A stretch of DNA of 64,000 nucleotides, taken from NCBI GenBank assembly GCA_024276575.1, contig JAJRWY010000065.1, positions 15 to 64,014 on the forward strand, given 5' to 3'. The translations under genes and the position numbers were made by a program. The notes beneath the pieces were generated by a model. That model was not told the origin of the DNA and ran no database searches. It worked only from the letters and a program-made list of their open reading frames with translations. This document shows, piece by piece, positions 1 to 8,107 of the stretch. The number at the start of each line of letters is the position of its first letter. The stretch's first letter is position 1. Origin of the DNA: Candidatus Binatota bacterium. GTDB lineage: Bacteria; Desulfobacterota; Binatia; UBA1149; CAITLU01.

Positions 1-124
1 CGTCCGAGCGGCCCCATGACAGATCCACAACGCGCGCGGCAATGCGATCACCACCGATTCGTCGCTCTCCCCTCGATTCACGCCCGCCAATCGGTTCAAC
101 CGTGGGCTTCATGCATAATGCAGG

Positions 125-973
125 CTAGAACGGGATCCCCGTTCTAAAGCGGATCCATTGGGCCAGTATCTCGCCTACGCATACGCTCAAGGCAGCAATG
201 TAGAACAGTCCGGTTGCCGCCATCGTTTGTGGGATAGCGAGAGTTCTCTTGATCATCCAAGCCAACATCAGTGCGGCAATCCAGCTTCCCAAGCGCGCCG
301 CGAACAACCACTGTTGAGAGCCGTGTCCAGGGGCAAGGTGGCCGGTATCGCCGGTGGCCAAAGCCAAGGACAGAGTACCGGTCCCTGCGAGTAGTATCAG
401 GCCTGTCGCGGATAGTGTTACTTGCACGCTGAGCGCACGACGAAAAAAAGTTTGCATGCGCTGCAAAGGATCAAGATCGAGGCCGGTGTCTATCAAGTAC
501 CAATGGCCGAGCAGCATGCCACCCGCAGCGGCACCCAGGCAGGCGGCTCCGCTGAGCATCGAGAGCGAGGCGATTGCGCTATGGCGAGCCGAATGGCCAA
601 GATTCGGAGCCGCGAAAGTCCAAGCTGCGACCAGCAGAGCGCCAACCCCGATGAATAAGGCAAGCGTGTAGCTTCGTGCCCGCAGCAAGGGAAAGTTAAT
701 GTAGAGGCTGAGGTAGTAAAGTGCGAAGGATACGCTAAGAGCTACCCACAGCAATAGTTCCGTGACGGCCACGGCGTCATGCTCGATTCTGGAGTGCAGC
801 AGGTAGGCGTCTCCAGCGGTCATCGCGAAGGCGCACAACAGAAAGACGGCTGCCGATGAGCGGTAGAAACCGAGTTCCATTTTCGAAAACTCAGGTATCG
901 ACAAAGCGAGCAAACCGCCGACCGCGAGCTTGCCGAAAAGTAGTAGATAACTATGTGCGAAAGCCGCTTCCAT
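125..973 (-). CDS. multi-pass integral membrane protein, function unknown
   Basis: 282-aa ORF with ATG start (cat at 971-973 on + strand) and about 8 hydrophobic segments. No catalytic motif recognised. Confidence 0.55.
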   Translation of the reverse strand: MEAAFAHSYLLLFGKLAVGGLLALSIPEFSKMELGFYRSSAAVFLLCAFAMTAGDAYLLHSRIEHDAVAVTELLLWVALSVSFALYYLSLYINFPLLRARSYTLALFIGVGALLVAAWTFAAPNLGHSARHSAIASLSMLSGAACLGAAAGGMLLGHWYLIDTGLDLDPLQRMQTFFRRALSVQVTLSATGLILLAGTGTLSLALATGDTGHLAPGHGSQQWLFAARLGSWIAALMLAWMIKRTLAIPQTMAATGLFYIAALSVCVGEILAQWIRFRTGIPF

Positions 974-1457
974 AACATGACGCTATGGTGAGGAAGTGTA
1001 GCTTTCAACGCCGCGTAAGGGACGGAATCTTTCGTCGCGAAGCGAAGCAAGCGTCGTTCTTCGAGTGATAAGCACTTTCATTGTAGTGCTCGGGATCGCT
1101 AGCTGTGATAAGGAAATTCGCGACACTCTATTTTTGTAGGCCTATCGTTGAAGTGTTTTGAACGACGAGAAATTTCTTCTGCAATCCTGCGTACAACGAC
1201 GACACCATTGCCTCGGAACCACATGCGCACAGGCATGCGCGTGCAAAAAATCCAAGTAAATCAAAGGCCGCGCATTTTCTCCTTGAATACATGAAGGCGA
1301 CGTCATACATCACTGTCACTTCGTAGTTCTTCTCTGTTGCGAAGAAGCTCTGAGGCCGGGTTTCCAGTCACGGCTTAGAAGATAAGAGCCATAACGGCTC
1401 GAGGATCGAAACGCAGAACGATTGTTGGTGAGGGCCGGCGCGGCGGCGGGCGCGGTC

Positions 1458-1466
1458 TTTGGATAA
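1458..1466 (+). promoter_or_regulatory. single near-consensus DnaA box (TTTGGATAA vs TGTGGATAA, 8/9)
   Basis: Read directly, ~45 nt upstream of the dnaA start region. It is the only good box I found in the 973-1510 intergenic region. Confidence 0.3.
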
Positions 1467-1510
1467 GTGTACCCAGCGGGCTCTGTCGCGTGAGGTTGGG
1501 GGAAGTAAGA

Positions 1511-2908
1511 GTGGTAGGCAGTCATCAAGCGGCCAGTTTATGGATGTCGGCGTGTTGTCTAATTGAACGAGAAGTGTCGGAAAAGGACTACCAGACGTGG
1601 ATACTAGAACTTAATGCAGCTTCCTTTGACGGCCGGGTTCTGACCCTGGCTGCCCCTTTTGGCTTGTTTCGCGATCGCGTCAAGCAGTCGTTCCTGCCGC
1701 TTATCGAGAAGGCTGTATCGTCGGCGGCCAAGTCCGACTGCACCGTTTCGGTGGTGGTGGGGGCTTATGCCGGCACGACTCCTTCAACGCGTGAGCGCTA
1801 CCGGCACGCGGTCGGGAAACGGGTGCGATCCAGCGGCCCAACCAAGGCGGAGAGAAACGGGAACAAGAAGCAGCGCGAACGCAGCTTTGAAAACTTCATT
1901 GTCGGCGACGGCAATCGCTTGGCCTATCTGGGCGCCATTCAGCTTGCCGACGAGAACGTCGCCGAGGGTGGGAACCCGCTTTTTCTCTACGGAGGCGTGG
2001 GCTTGGGCAAGACTCACCTGTTGATGGCGATAGCTCGACGCTTGCGTGCGCGCGGGAAGCGCGTGGCCTACTATCAGGGCGAGGATTTCACTCGCAGAAT
2101 GGTGGAGGCGCTGAAGCTGCGCAGGATGGAAGTGTTTCATCGGGAGTTCCGTAGTGTGGATGCATTCCTGGTCGACGACATACAGTTCCTTGCCGGGAAA
2201 AAACGCACACAACAAGAACTCTACCACGTCTTCAACTTGCTGCACGGGGCGGGCAAGCCGATAGCGTTGGCGAGCGACCGTGCCCCGGAAGAACTCGAGA
2301 ACATGACGCCGGGCCTGCGTAGCCGCTTCCAAGGTGGATTGCTGGCCGACCTCGGTCCCCTTGACCGTGACCTTCGCCTGCGCATTCTCAAGGCGAAACT
2401 GAGCGAGAACGGAGTGAGTATCGACGATCACATCGTGGAGCGTCTTGCCATACAGTTGCAGGGTAGCGTTCGTGAACTGGAAGGGCTGGTGTCGCGACTC
2501 AAGGCGGCGAGCAGCCAGCAGTCGCTTCCTTTGGACGACGGCGTGGTCGAGACCATGATAACCCCGTATATCGGACGGCGTGGTCCGGTGGATCTCGAAG
2601 TGGTAATCGAAACGGTCGCCTGGGTGCACGGCCTCAGCAGGGACGAAATACTTTCGCGTGATCGTTCACGCAGAGTGGCGTGGCCCCGGCACATTGCCGC
2701 CTATATGTGCCGCAAGCTGACGTCGGCGTCACTTCCCGAAATCGGACACGCGTTGGGCGGGCGTAACCATACTTCGATTCTACGCGCGGTACGTTCAGTT
2801 TCGGATCGCGAAGCCGGCGATAGCAGCTTTGCGTCAAGGCTGCAGCAGATGGAAAAAATGCTGGGCGCGAGCCCCTCGCTCAAGAGGAGCCAAGAGTTAC
2901 GGGTTTAG
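1511..2908 (+). CDS. dnaA: chromosomal replication initiator DnaA
   Basis: Walker A GGVGLGKTHL, Walker B FLVDDIQF, C-terminal DNA-binding helix GGRNHTSILRAVRSV. The conserved N-terminal SLW..C.L....Y.TWI motif lies upstream of the first ATG (1544). GTG 1511 (GGGGGAAG just upstream) or GTG 1490 is therefore the likelier start. Stop is TAG at 2906-2908. Confidence 0.95.
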   Translation: MVGSHQAASLWMSACCLIEREVSEKDYQTWILELNAASFDGRVLTLAAPFGLFRDRVKQSFLPLIEKAVSSAAKSDCTVSVVVGAYAGTTPSTRERYRHAVGKRVRSSGPTKAERNGNKKQRERSFENFIVGDGNRLAYLGAIQLADENVAEGGNPLFLYGGVGLGKTHLLMAIARRLRARGKRVAYYQGEDFTRRMVEALKLRRMEVFHREFRSVDAFLVDDIQFLAGKKRTQQELYHVFNLLHGAGKPIALASDRAPEELENMTPGLRSRFQGGLLADLGPLDRDLRLRILKAKLSENGVSIDDHIVERLAIQLQGSVRELEGLVSRLKAASSQQSLPLDDGVVETMITPYIGRRGPVDLEVVIETVAWVHGLSRDEILSRDRSRRVAWPRHIAAYMCRKLTSASLPEIGHALGGRNHTSILRAVRSVSDREAGDSSFASRLQQMEKMLGASPSLKRSQELRV

Positions 2909-2931
2909 GGTGGCGCTTTTATCGGCGAACT

Positions 2932-2984
2932 GCGCAGGGGTGCCAGAGGCGCAGGGACGCGCAGGGACGCAGAAGCGCAGGGAC
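2932..2984. repeat. four copies of GCGCAGGG(A/G)C in 53 bp
   Basis: Copies at 2932, 2949, 2959 and 2975 read directly. The array sits between the dnaA stop and the next gene. Confidence 0.85.
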
Positions 2985-3020
2985 TCGCAACGGGCTTCGC
3001 CCTCTGCTAGCTAGATCCTC

Positions 3021-3557
3021 ATGAGGGCCGACGTTTCTGCAGTAATCTCACGCGCGAGACGCCTGGAGTCGATGGCGATGGCGATCTACACGAAGCTTGC
3101 CACGGGCTTCGAGGCTGGAAGCGAACTGAACGCCTTCTGGATGTCGATGGCTCGCCATGAGGCCGCTCATGTCGGGGCGCTCGCTCTTTTGGGCGTGCTG
3201 CTGGAGCAAGCAGAAAAAGAACCCGAATTGCAGCACGGCATCGAGATACTCGATAACGCGGGAAAAGCCATCGATGCCTTGCGAGACGAGGTATGGTCGG
3301 GGGTGGGGCGCGAGCGTGCCTTCGAGATCGCCATCGAGTTGGAAAGTTTGGAAGTAGAAGACGTGGTGCTGGATCTCACCACTGCGCTTTCCGACCCCGC
3401 TGCTCGCGATCAAGCCGAGCAAATGATGCTTCACGATCTTAGCGACCTGTCTTTGATGATAGAGAAGCACAGCGACAACGAAGAGTTGCTTTCGAGAGTT
3501 GACGCTCTGGTGGAGTCGCGAGTCGATTCCCAGAGCGACGCAGCGGCGGTCGAGTAG
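3021..3557 (+). CDS. ferritin-like / rubrerythrin-like four-helix-bundle protein (hypothetical)
   Basis: 178-aa ORF with ATG start. It is helical and acidic, with ExxH (ARHEAAH) and ELESLE motifs reminiscent of di-iron ferritin-like folds. Confidence 0.5.
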   Translation: MRADVSAVISRARRLESMAMAIYTKLATGFEAGSELNAFWMSMARHEAAHVGALALLGVLLEQAEKEPELQHGIEILDNAGKAIDALRDEVWSGVGRERAFEIAIELESLEVEDVVLDLTTALSDPAARDQAEQMMLHDLSDLSLMIEKHSDNEELLSRVDALVESRVDSQSDAAAVE

Positions 3558-3574
3558 CCAACGCGCCGCTGCGA

Positions 3575-4591
3575 ATGTCGCGTGTCTCCATAATAATTCT
3601 CAGTTGGAACGGGAAAGATCTTCTTCACGACTGCTTACTCTCGGTTCTTTCCCAAAGTTATCAAGACTTAGAGGTGCTGGTAGTCGATAACGGCTCGAGC
3701 GACGGAACCGCAGAAATGCTGGAAGCCGACTTTCCTCGTGTGCGCCTGCTGCGGCAGCAGAGCAATCGCGGCTTTTGTGCAGGCAACAATATAGCGATCG
3801 AGGAATGCAGCGGAGAGTTGTTGTTGTTGTTGAACAACGACGCCGAACTCGACCGTTGTTTCGTGGAAACCATGGTAGCCGCGGCCGACGAGTACCCGGA
3901 GACGGGAATGTTCGCAGCCCGGGTTATGATGTTCGACCGCCGCGAAGTCTTCGATTCCACGGGCCTGTTGGTATATCCGGATGGAATCTGCCGCTCCCGG
4001 GGATGGTTGGAGAAGGACCTCGGCCAGTACGACCGGGACGAGGAGGTTCTCGGGCCGAACGGTTGCGCGGCTGTCTACCGGCGCGAGATGCTCGATGACG
4101 TAGGCCTTTTCGACGAGGCTTATTTTGCCTATTTGGAAGACTTGGATCTGGTACTGCGGGGACAACTGCGGGGTTGGAGTTGCCGCTATGTTGCCGCTGC
4201 GACGGTTTATCACAAGAAATCGATGACCAGCGGTTATCACTCTGCCTTCAAGGCCTTCCTGGTCGAGAGAAATCGGATCTGGAATGCACTCAAACTGTTC
4301 CCGCGGCGGATTCTTTTTTTGAGTGCTTTCTACACGCTGGCACGCTATCTGGGGCAGGCCTTCGCCGCCTTTTCGGGGCGCGGCATCTCGAGCAATTTCG
4401 CGCGTGATTATTCACACCTCGAGCTTGTTGGAATACTGATACGCGCCTACGCATCGGCATTTGCACGGCTTCCAGAGATTATTCGGGCACGACGCGACAT
4501 TCAGTTACGCCGCAAGCTCAGCACCGCCGAGGTCTACCGTTTAATGCAGCGCTATCGGTTGCCGGTGGCCGAACTTGCGTTCAAGGACTGA
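3575..4591 (+). CDS. family 2 glycosyltransferase
   Basis: N-terminal GT2 signature SIIILSWNG..LSQSY.DLEVLVVDNGSSDGT, then SNRGFCAGNN and LLLNNDAEL (DxD-like). ATG start at 3575. Confidence 0.85.
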   Translation: MSRVSIIILSWNGKDLLHDCLLSVLSQSYQDLEVLVVDNGSSDGTAEMLEADFPRVRLLRQQSNRGFCAGNNIAIEECSGELLLLLNNDAELDRCFVETMVAAADEYPETGMFAARVMMFDRREVFDSTGLLVYPDGICRSRGWLEKDLGQYDRDEEVLGPNGCAAVYRREMLDDVGLFDEAYFAYLEDLDLVLRGQLRGWSCRYVAAATVYHKKSMTSGYHSAFKAFLVERNRIWNALKLFPRRILFLSAFYTLARYLGQAFAAFSGRGISSNFARDYSHLELVGILIRAYASAFARLPEIIRARRDIQLRRKLSTAEVYRLMQRYRLPVAELAFKD

Positions 4592-6183
4592 GTCGTCGCT
4601 AGGCCTGCGGCTTCCACGAAAGCCAAGAGTCTGCGATGTTGATCGTCTTCCGGGTGCAACTGAACCAAACGGCGGGCCTCGACCAAAGCGGCTTCGCGTT
4701 CACCGGCTATCAACAATGAGCTTATCAGGTTGGTGAGTCCGGCTGGGTCTCCGGGATGAACTCTCAAATAGTCACGATACACTTCAACCGCTTCATGCGC
4801 GCGGCCCTGGCGGGTCAGAATCTGCGCAAGGTAAAAGGTCGCACGGTCGAAACCCGGGATGATGTCCAGGGCCCGGCGATACGCTGACTCGGCGCCGGCC
4901 GCATCTCCCCTGGCGAGGCATTGGGCGGCAAGGTCGTAGTAGGCCTTGGCGGACGCCGGAGACTGCGCAGCCGCCTGCTCGTGATAGTAGTCCTGCGAGG
5001 TCCACACCCTGGCTCTAGCGTCATACAAGAACGCCAGCAGCACTACGGTTGCGGCTGCTAGTGTCACTGCGCTGCGCCGTATCCATCGGGCGATACCGCT
5101 CGCGCAAACCCGGTCCAACTCATCCAGCCACATGGTCGAGGCGATACAGAGGCCCACCGAAGGCAGGTACAGAAGCCTTTCGGCCATTATCGTTCCGATC
5201 GGGAACACTAGGTTGGAGGTGGCCGCGAAAGCGACCACGAACCAAAGGCCGCAGAAAGCTGCCCGCGGGAAACGCAGCCGGTAACGCAGCACCGCAATAA
5301 GCAACACGATCCAGGCTGCTAGGCCGCCTACAGCAGCGCCGAGTCCAGGGTTGGTCACCGCGAATCCACGATTGGGAAGCAACTGTGTGGGGAGCAGGAG
5401 CAGTGAAAGGTACTGCCACAAGATCAGGGAAGCCTTTGGAATCCTCTCCCACCAGGCCATCGACGCCAAGGGATTGTCAACGAAGGGGATCGGAGTGATT
5501 CCGGACAGCAAGGGCAGTGTGGTGGAAAGCCAGAGCGCAAAGGCCAGGGCGTAGGTGAGCAGGGTGGCCCACGGTAGGCGCCGTCCCGCGGCTTGGCCGA
5601 TGGTAAAATGGTGCAGGAGCAGCAACAGTGGCAAAACCGCGGCGCTTTCTTTCGAGTGGAGGGCGAGAAAGAAGCAGAGCCCGCCGCCCAAGAGCCTTAG
5701 CGGGCTTCTTTCGTTGCCGTGTCTGAGGCCGCGCAGGTGAATCAATAGGCCGAGAATGACGCCCAGGGTAGCCAATAGTTGAGCACGGCCGACCAGGGAC
5801 GCTACGGTATCGGCATGGGCTGGATGGACGGCGAAGAGCATGGCCGCCAGCACGGCAGCGGCCATACCCGCGCCGAGTTCGAGCGCAAGCAGCAGCACCG
5901 CGACCGATACCGCAGCGGCCAGCAACACGTTGCTGCGGTGGAAGGGGCGGGGGGAGAGGGGGTCGCTTCGATCCAAGTCCAGTGACAGCAGGCTCAGGTG
6001 CCTGCCGGTGCCCCAATGGCGGGTGTGAAGGAACTCGCGCCAGCCTTCCTCCCAAAAGGGTTTGCGGTCCACGATCACTTGCTGATCGTCGTAAACGAAG
6101 CCGTAGTCGAGGCTCGGCGAAGTTACGGCTACAGACAACAGGGCGACAGAGACCATCGCCAGACAAAGCCGGTAAGGCAGCAT
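4552..6183 (-). CDS. polytopic membrane protein with C-terminal TPR repeats, TMTC/PMT-like (putative protein O-glycosyltransferase)
   Basis: 543 aa with ATG start. It has the N-terminal YGFVYDDQ motif, about 10 TM segments and C-terminal TPR-like repeats (AKAYYDLA..., ATFYLAQIL..., VEVYRDYL...). Its 3' end overlaps the GT2 3' end convergently by 40 nt. Confidence 0.7.
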   Translation of the reverse strand: MLPYRLCLAMVSVALLSVAVTSPSLDYGFVYDDQQVIVDRKPFWEEGWREFLHTRHWGTGRHLSLLSLDLDRSDPLSPRPFHRSNVLLAAAVSVAVLLLALELGAGMAAAVLAAMLFAVHPAHADTVASLVGRAQLLATLGVILGLLIHLRGLRHGNERSPLRLLGGGLCFFLALHSKESAAVLPLLLLLHHFTIGQAAGRRLPWATLLTYALAFALWLSTTLPLLSGITPIPFVDNPLASMAWWERIPKASLILWQYLSLLLLPTQLLPNRGFAVTNPGLGAAVGGLAAWIVLLIAVLRYRLRFPRAAFCGLWFVVAFAATSNLVFPIGTIMAERLLYLPSVGLCIASTMWLDELDRVCASGIARWIRRSAVTLAAATVVLLAFLYDARARVWTSQDYYHEQAAAQSPASAKAYYDLAAQCLARGDAAGAESAYRRALDIIPGFDRATFYLAQILTRQGRAHEAVEVYRDYLRVHPGDPAGLTNLISSLLIAGEREAALVEARRLVQLHPEDDQHRRLLAFVEAAGLATTQSLNASSATGNR

Positions 6184-6221
6184 TTTTGAATGCTAGGCGC
6201 TGGCGCCCGGGCTCGCAAGAG

Positions 6222-6316
6222 TCGGCAGTGGTCTTGTCGGTAGTGGTCTGAGTTGGTAGTGGCCTGAGTTGGCAGTGGTTGGTGTAGTGGTCGGTAGTGG
6301 TATTGTGGCGGTATCG
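6222..6316. repeat. degenerate tandem array (~7 units of 11-16 nt) built on GGYAGTGG
   Basis: tcggcagtggtcttg / tcggtagtggtctgag / ttggtagtggcctgag / ttggcagtggttgg / tgtagtggtcgg / tagtggtattg / tggcggtatcg, read directly. It lies in the divergent intergenic region between the TMTC-like gene and the amidase. Confidence 0.85.
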
Positions 6317-6413
6317 TGCTTCCCTAGCTTGCCCGTTTTGTCCGCTGTCTTGTCCGCGACGCGGCCCTTGTTCGAACGATGACCACCGGATAGATGAATC
6401 CAGGAGGTGTGTG

Positions 6414-7829
6414 ATGGACCCTTTTATCTCCCTACTCGACCTTGCCGGCGCCATTAAATCCAAGCAAGTGAGTCCACTGGAGGTAGTGGACTTCTATCTG
6501 GAGCGCATGGATCGTCTCAACCCGAAGATCAACGCCGTGATCTGGCGCAGAGACGATGAGTTGCGAGCTGAGGCTGTCGCGGCGGGCGAGGCTTTGATGT
6601 CCGGGGAAGAGCTGGGCCCTCTTCACGGAGTGCCGATTCCGATCAAGGATCTGACCGACGTAAGCGGATGGCCTACCACCTACGGCTCGCGTGCGGCGGC
6701 CGGGCGCGTAGCGACTGTGACTGCTCACGTCGCCCAGGCGCTGCGCGATGCGGGTGCTTTATTGATGTGCCGGAGCAATACCCCGGAATTCGGAACCGTG
6801 TGCGTTACCGAGAACGATCTGTTCGGGGCCACGCGCAATCCCTGGAATCTCGACCATTCTCCGGGCGGTTCGAGCGGGGGGGCGTCGGCCTGCGTAGCTG
6901 CTGGGTTCGCGCCCGCCGCGCACGGTAACGACGGCGGTGGCTCGATTCGTATTCCGGCGTCTTGCGCCGGGTTGGTGGGTCTGAAACCGAGCCGGGGCCG
7001 GGTTTCCATGGGGCCTTTGGTATCTGATGTGATGCATGGCGGAGCAGTCGAAGGGGTGTTGACGAGAACCGTGGCCGATACGGCGGCGGTGCTGGACGTC
7101 ATAAGCGGCCGAGACCCCAATGCGTGGTACAACGCGCCGGCACCTGAGCGGCCCTTCGGCGAAGAGCTGTCGCGAGCTCCGGGCGAGCTTCGTATCGCCT
7201 ATACTTCGGTGGCTCCCACCGGTGTTCCAGTTGACCCCGAGTGCGTAAAGGCCGTGGAACTTACTGCGGAACTGCTTGCGGGCCTGGGGCACGAGGTTTT
7301 CGAGGGAGCGCCGGCTTGGCCCGAAGCTTCGGAGATACTTCCCGCTTTTATGGTGGTCTGGAATACCGGTAGTGCTTATTGGGACGTCGACGAGTGGGAC
7401 AAGATAGAACCGTTGAACGCTGAATTGCGCTCCCAAGCCAAGCAGATGGACAGCCTGAGCTATGTGCGAGGAGTTGCACAACTACAGATCCACACCCGGC
7501 TGATCACTGCATCTTGGGGGCGGGATTTCGACCTGCTGCTAACCCCGACGCTGGCCACTGAACCACCTAAAGTAGGCTGGTTATGGGAAGGTGTGGAGCA
7601 AGATCCCGCCGACCCTTTGGCCCGCGCTGGGATGGTGGCGCCGTTTACACCCTTGTTCAACGTTACCGGTCAACCTGGGATTTCGCTACCCATGCATTGG
7701 AGTGCTTCCGGACTTCCCATCGGCGTTCAATTGGTCGGTTCTCCTTGGGGAGAGGCCGAACTGATCCGGGTGGCGGCACAACTGGAAGCGGCGCAACCCT
7801 GGGCGGATAAGCACCCGTCTCTGGATTGA
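6414..7829 (+). CDS. amidase-signature family amidase
   Basis: GGSSGGASA amidase signature and an SNTPEFG block. I prefer ATG 6414, preceded by AGGAGG at 6403-6408. The track start 6297 adds an implausible Cys/Arg-rich extension. Confidence 0.9.
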   Translation: MDPFISLLDLAGAIKSKQVSPLEVVDFYLERMDRLNPKINAVIWRRDDELRAEAVAAGEALMSGEELGPLHGVPIPIKDLTDVSGWPTTYGSRAAAGRVATVTAHVAQALRDAGALLMCRSNTPEFGTVCVTENDLFGATRNPWNLDHSPGGSSGGASACVAAGFAPAAHGNDGGGSIRIPASCAGLVGLKPSRGRVSMGPLVSDVMHGGAVEGVLTRTVADTAAVLDVISGRDPNAWYNAPAPERPFGEELSRAPGELRIAYTSVAPTGVPVDPECVKAVELTAELLAGLGHEVFEGAPAWPEASEILPAFMVVWNTGSAYWDVDEWDKIEPLNAELRSQAKQMDSLSYVRGVAQLQIHTRLITASWGRDFDLLLTPTLATEPPKVGWLWEGVEQDPADPLARAGMVAPFTPLFNVTGQPGISLPMHWSASGLPIGVQLVGSPWGEAELIRVAAQLEAAQPWADKHPSLD

Positions 7830-7879
7830 GAGGGCAGGTTTGCCCGCTCAGGAGGCTTTGGCTACTTAGGTTCGGTTGA

Positions 7880-7953
7880 GCCCCCGTAGCTCAGGTGGAT
7901 AGAGCGCAGGATTCCTAATCCTGGTGCCGCAGGTTCGAATCCTGCCGGGGGCA
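7880..7953 (+). tRNA. tRNA-Arg (anticodon CCT)
   Basis: Manual cloverleaf: acceptor GCCCCCG/CGGGGGC, D-arm GCTC/GAGC, anticodon arm CAGGA-TTCCTAA-TCCTG (CCT at 7914-7916), T-arm GCAGG-TTCGAAT-CCTGC, discriminator A. CCA is not encoded. Confidence 0.92.
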
Positions 7954-8107
7954 CGTCCGACCTTTTTCGCCGTTGCAATTACGCGCTCGCTGGCGATGCA
8001 GGCTGAACGGCGTTGAAATGCGGCTGTTTCATGGCTACTTTGACGTCCAAGCGGCGGCAGCACCCGAATCCGAGGGGCTCCGAATCCAAGGAACACAGTT
8101 GAACAAA

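Noticed and set aside
1-112. Open - strand frame from ATG 112 to the window edge (MKPTVEPIGGRESRGERRIGGDRIAARVVDLSW...)
   Set aside because: Only 37 codons are visible, with no motif and no clear RBS. It cannot be supported as a gene from this window.
5477-6463. 328-aa - strand ORF overlapping the TMTC-like gene and the repeat array
   Set aside because: It is an out-of-frame overlap with a convincing membrane protein. The product is extremely Arg/Pro-rich.
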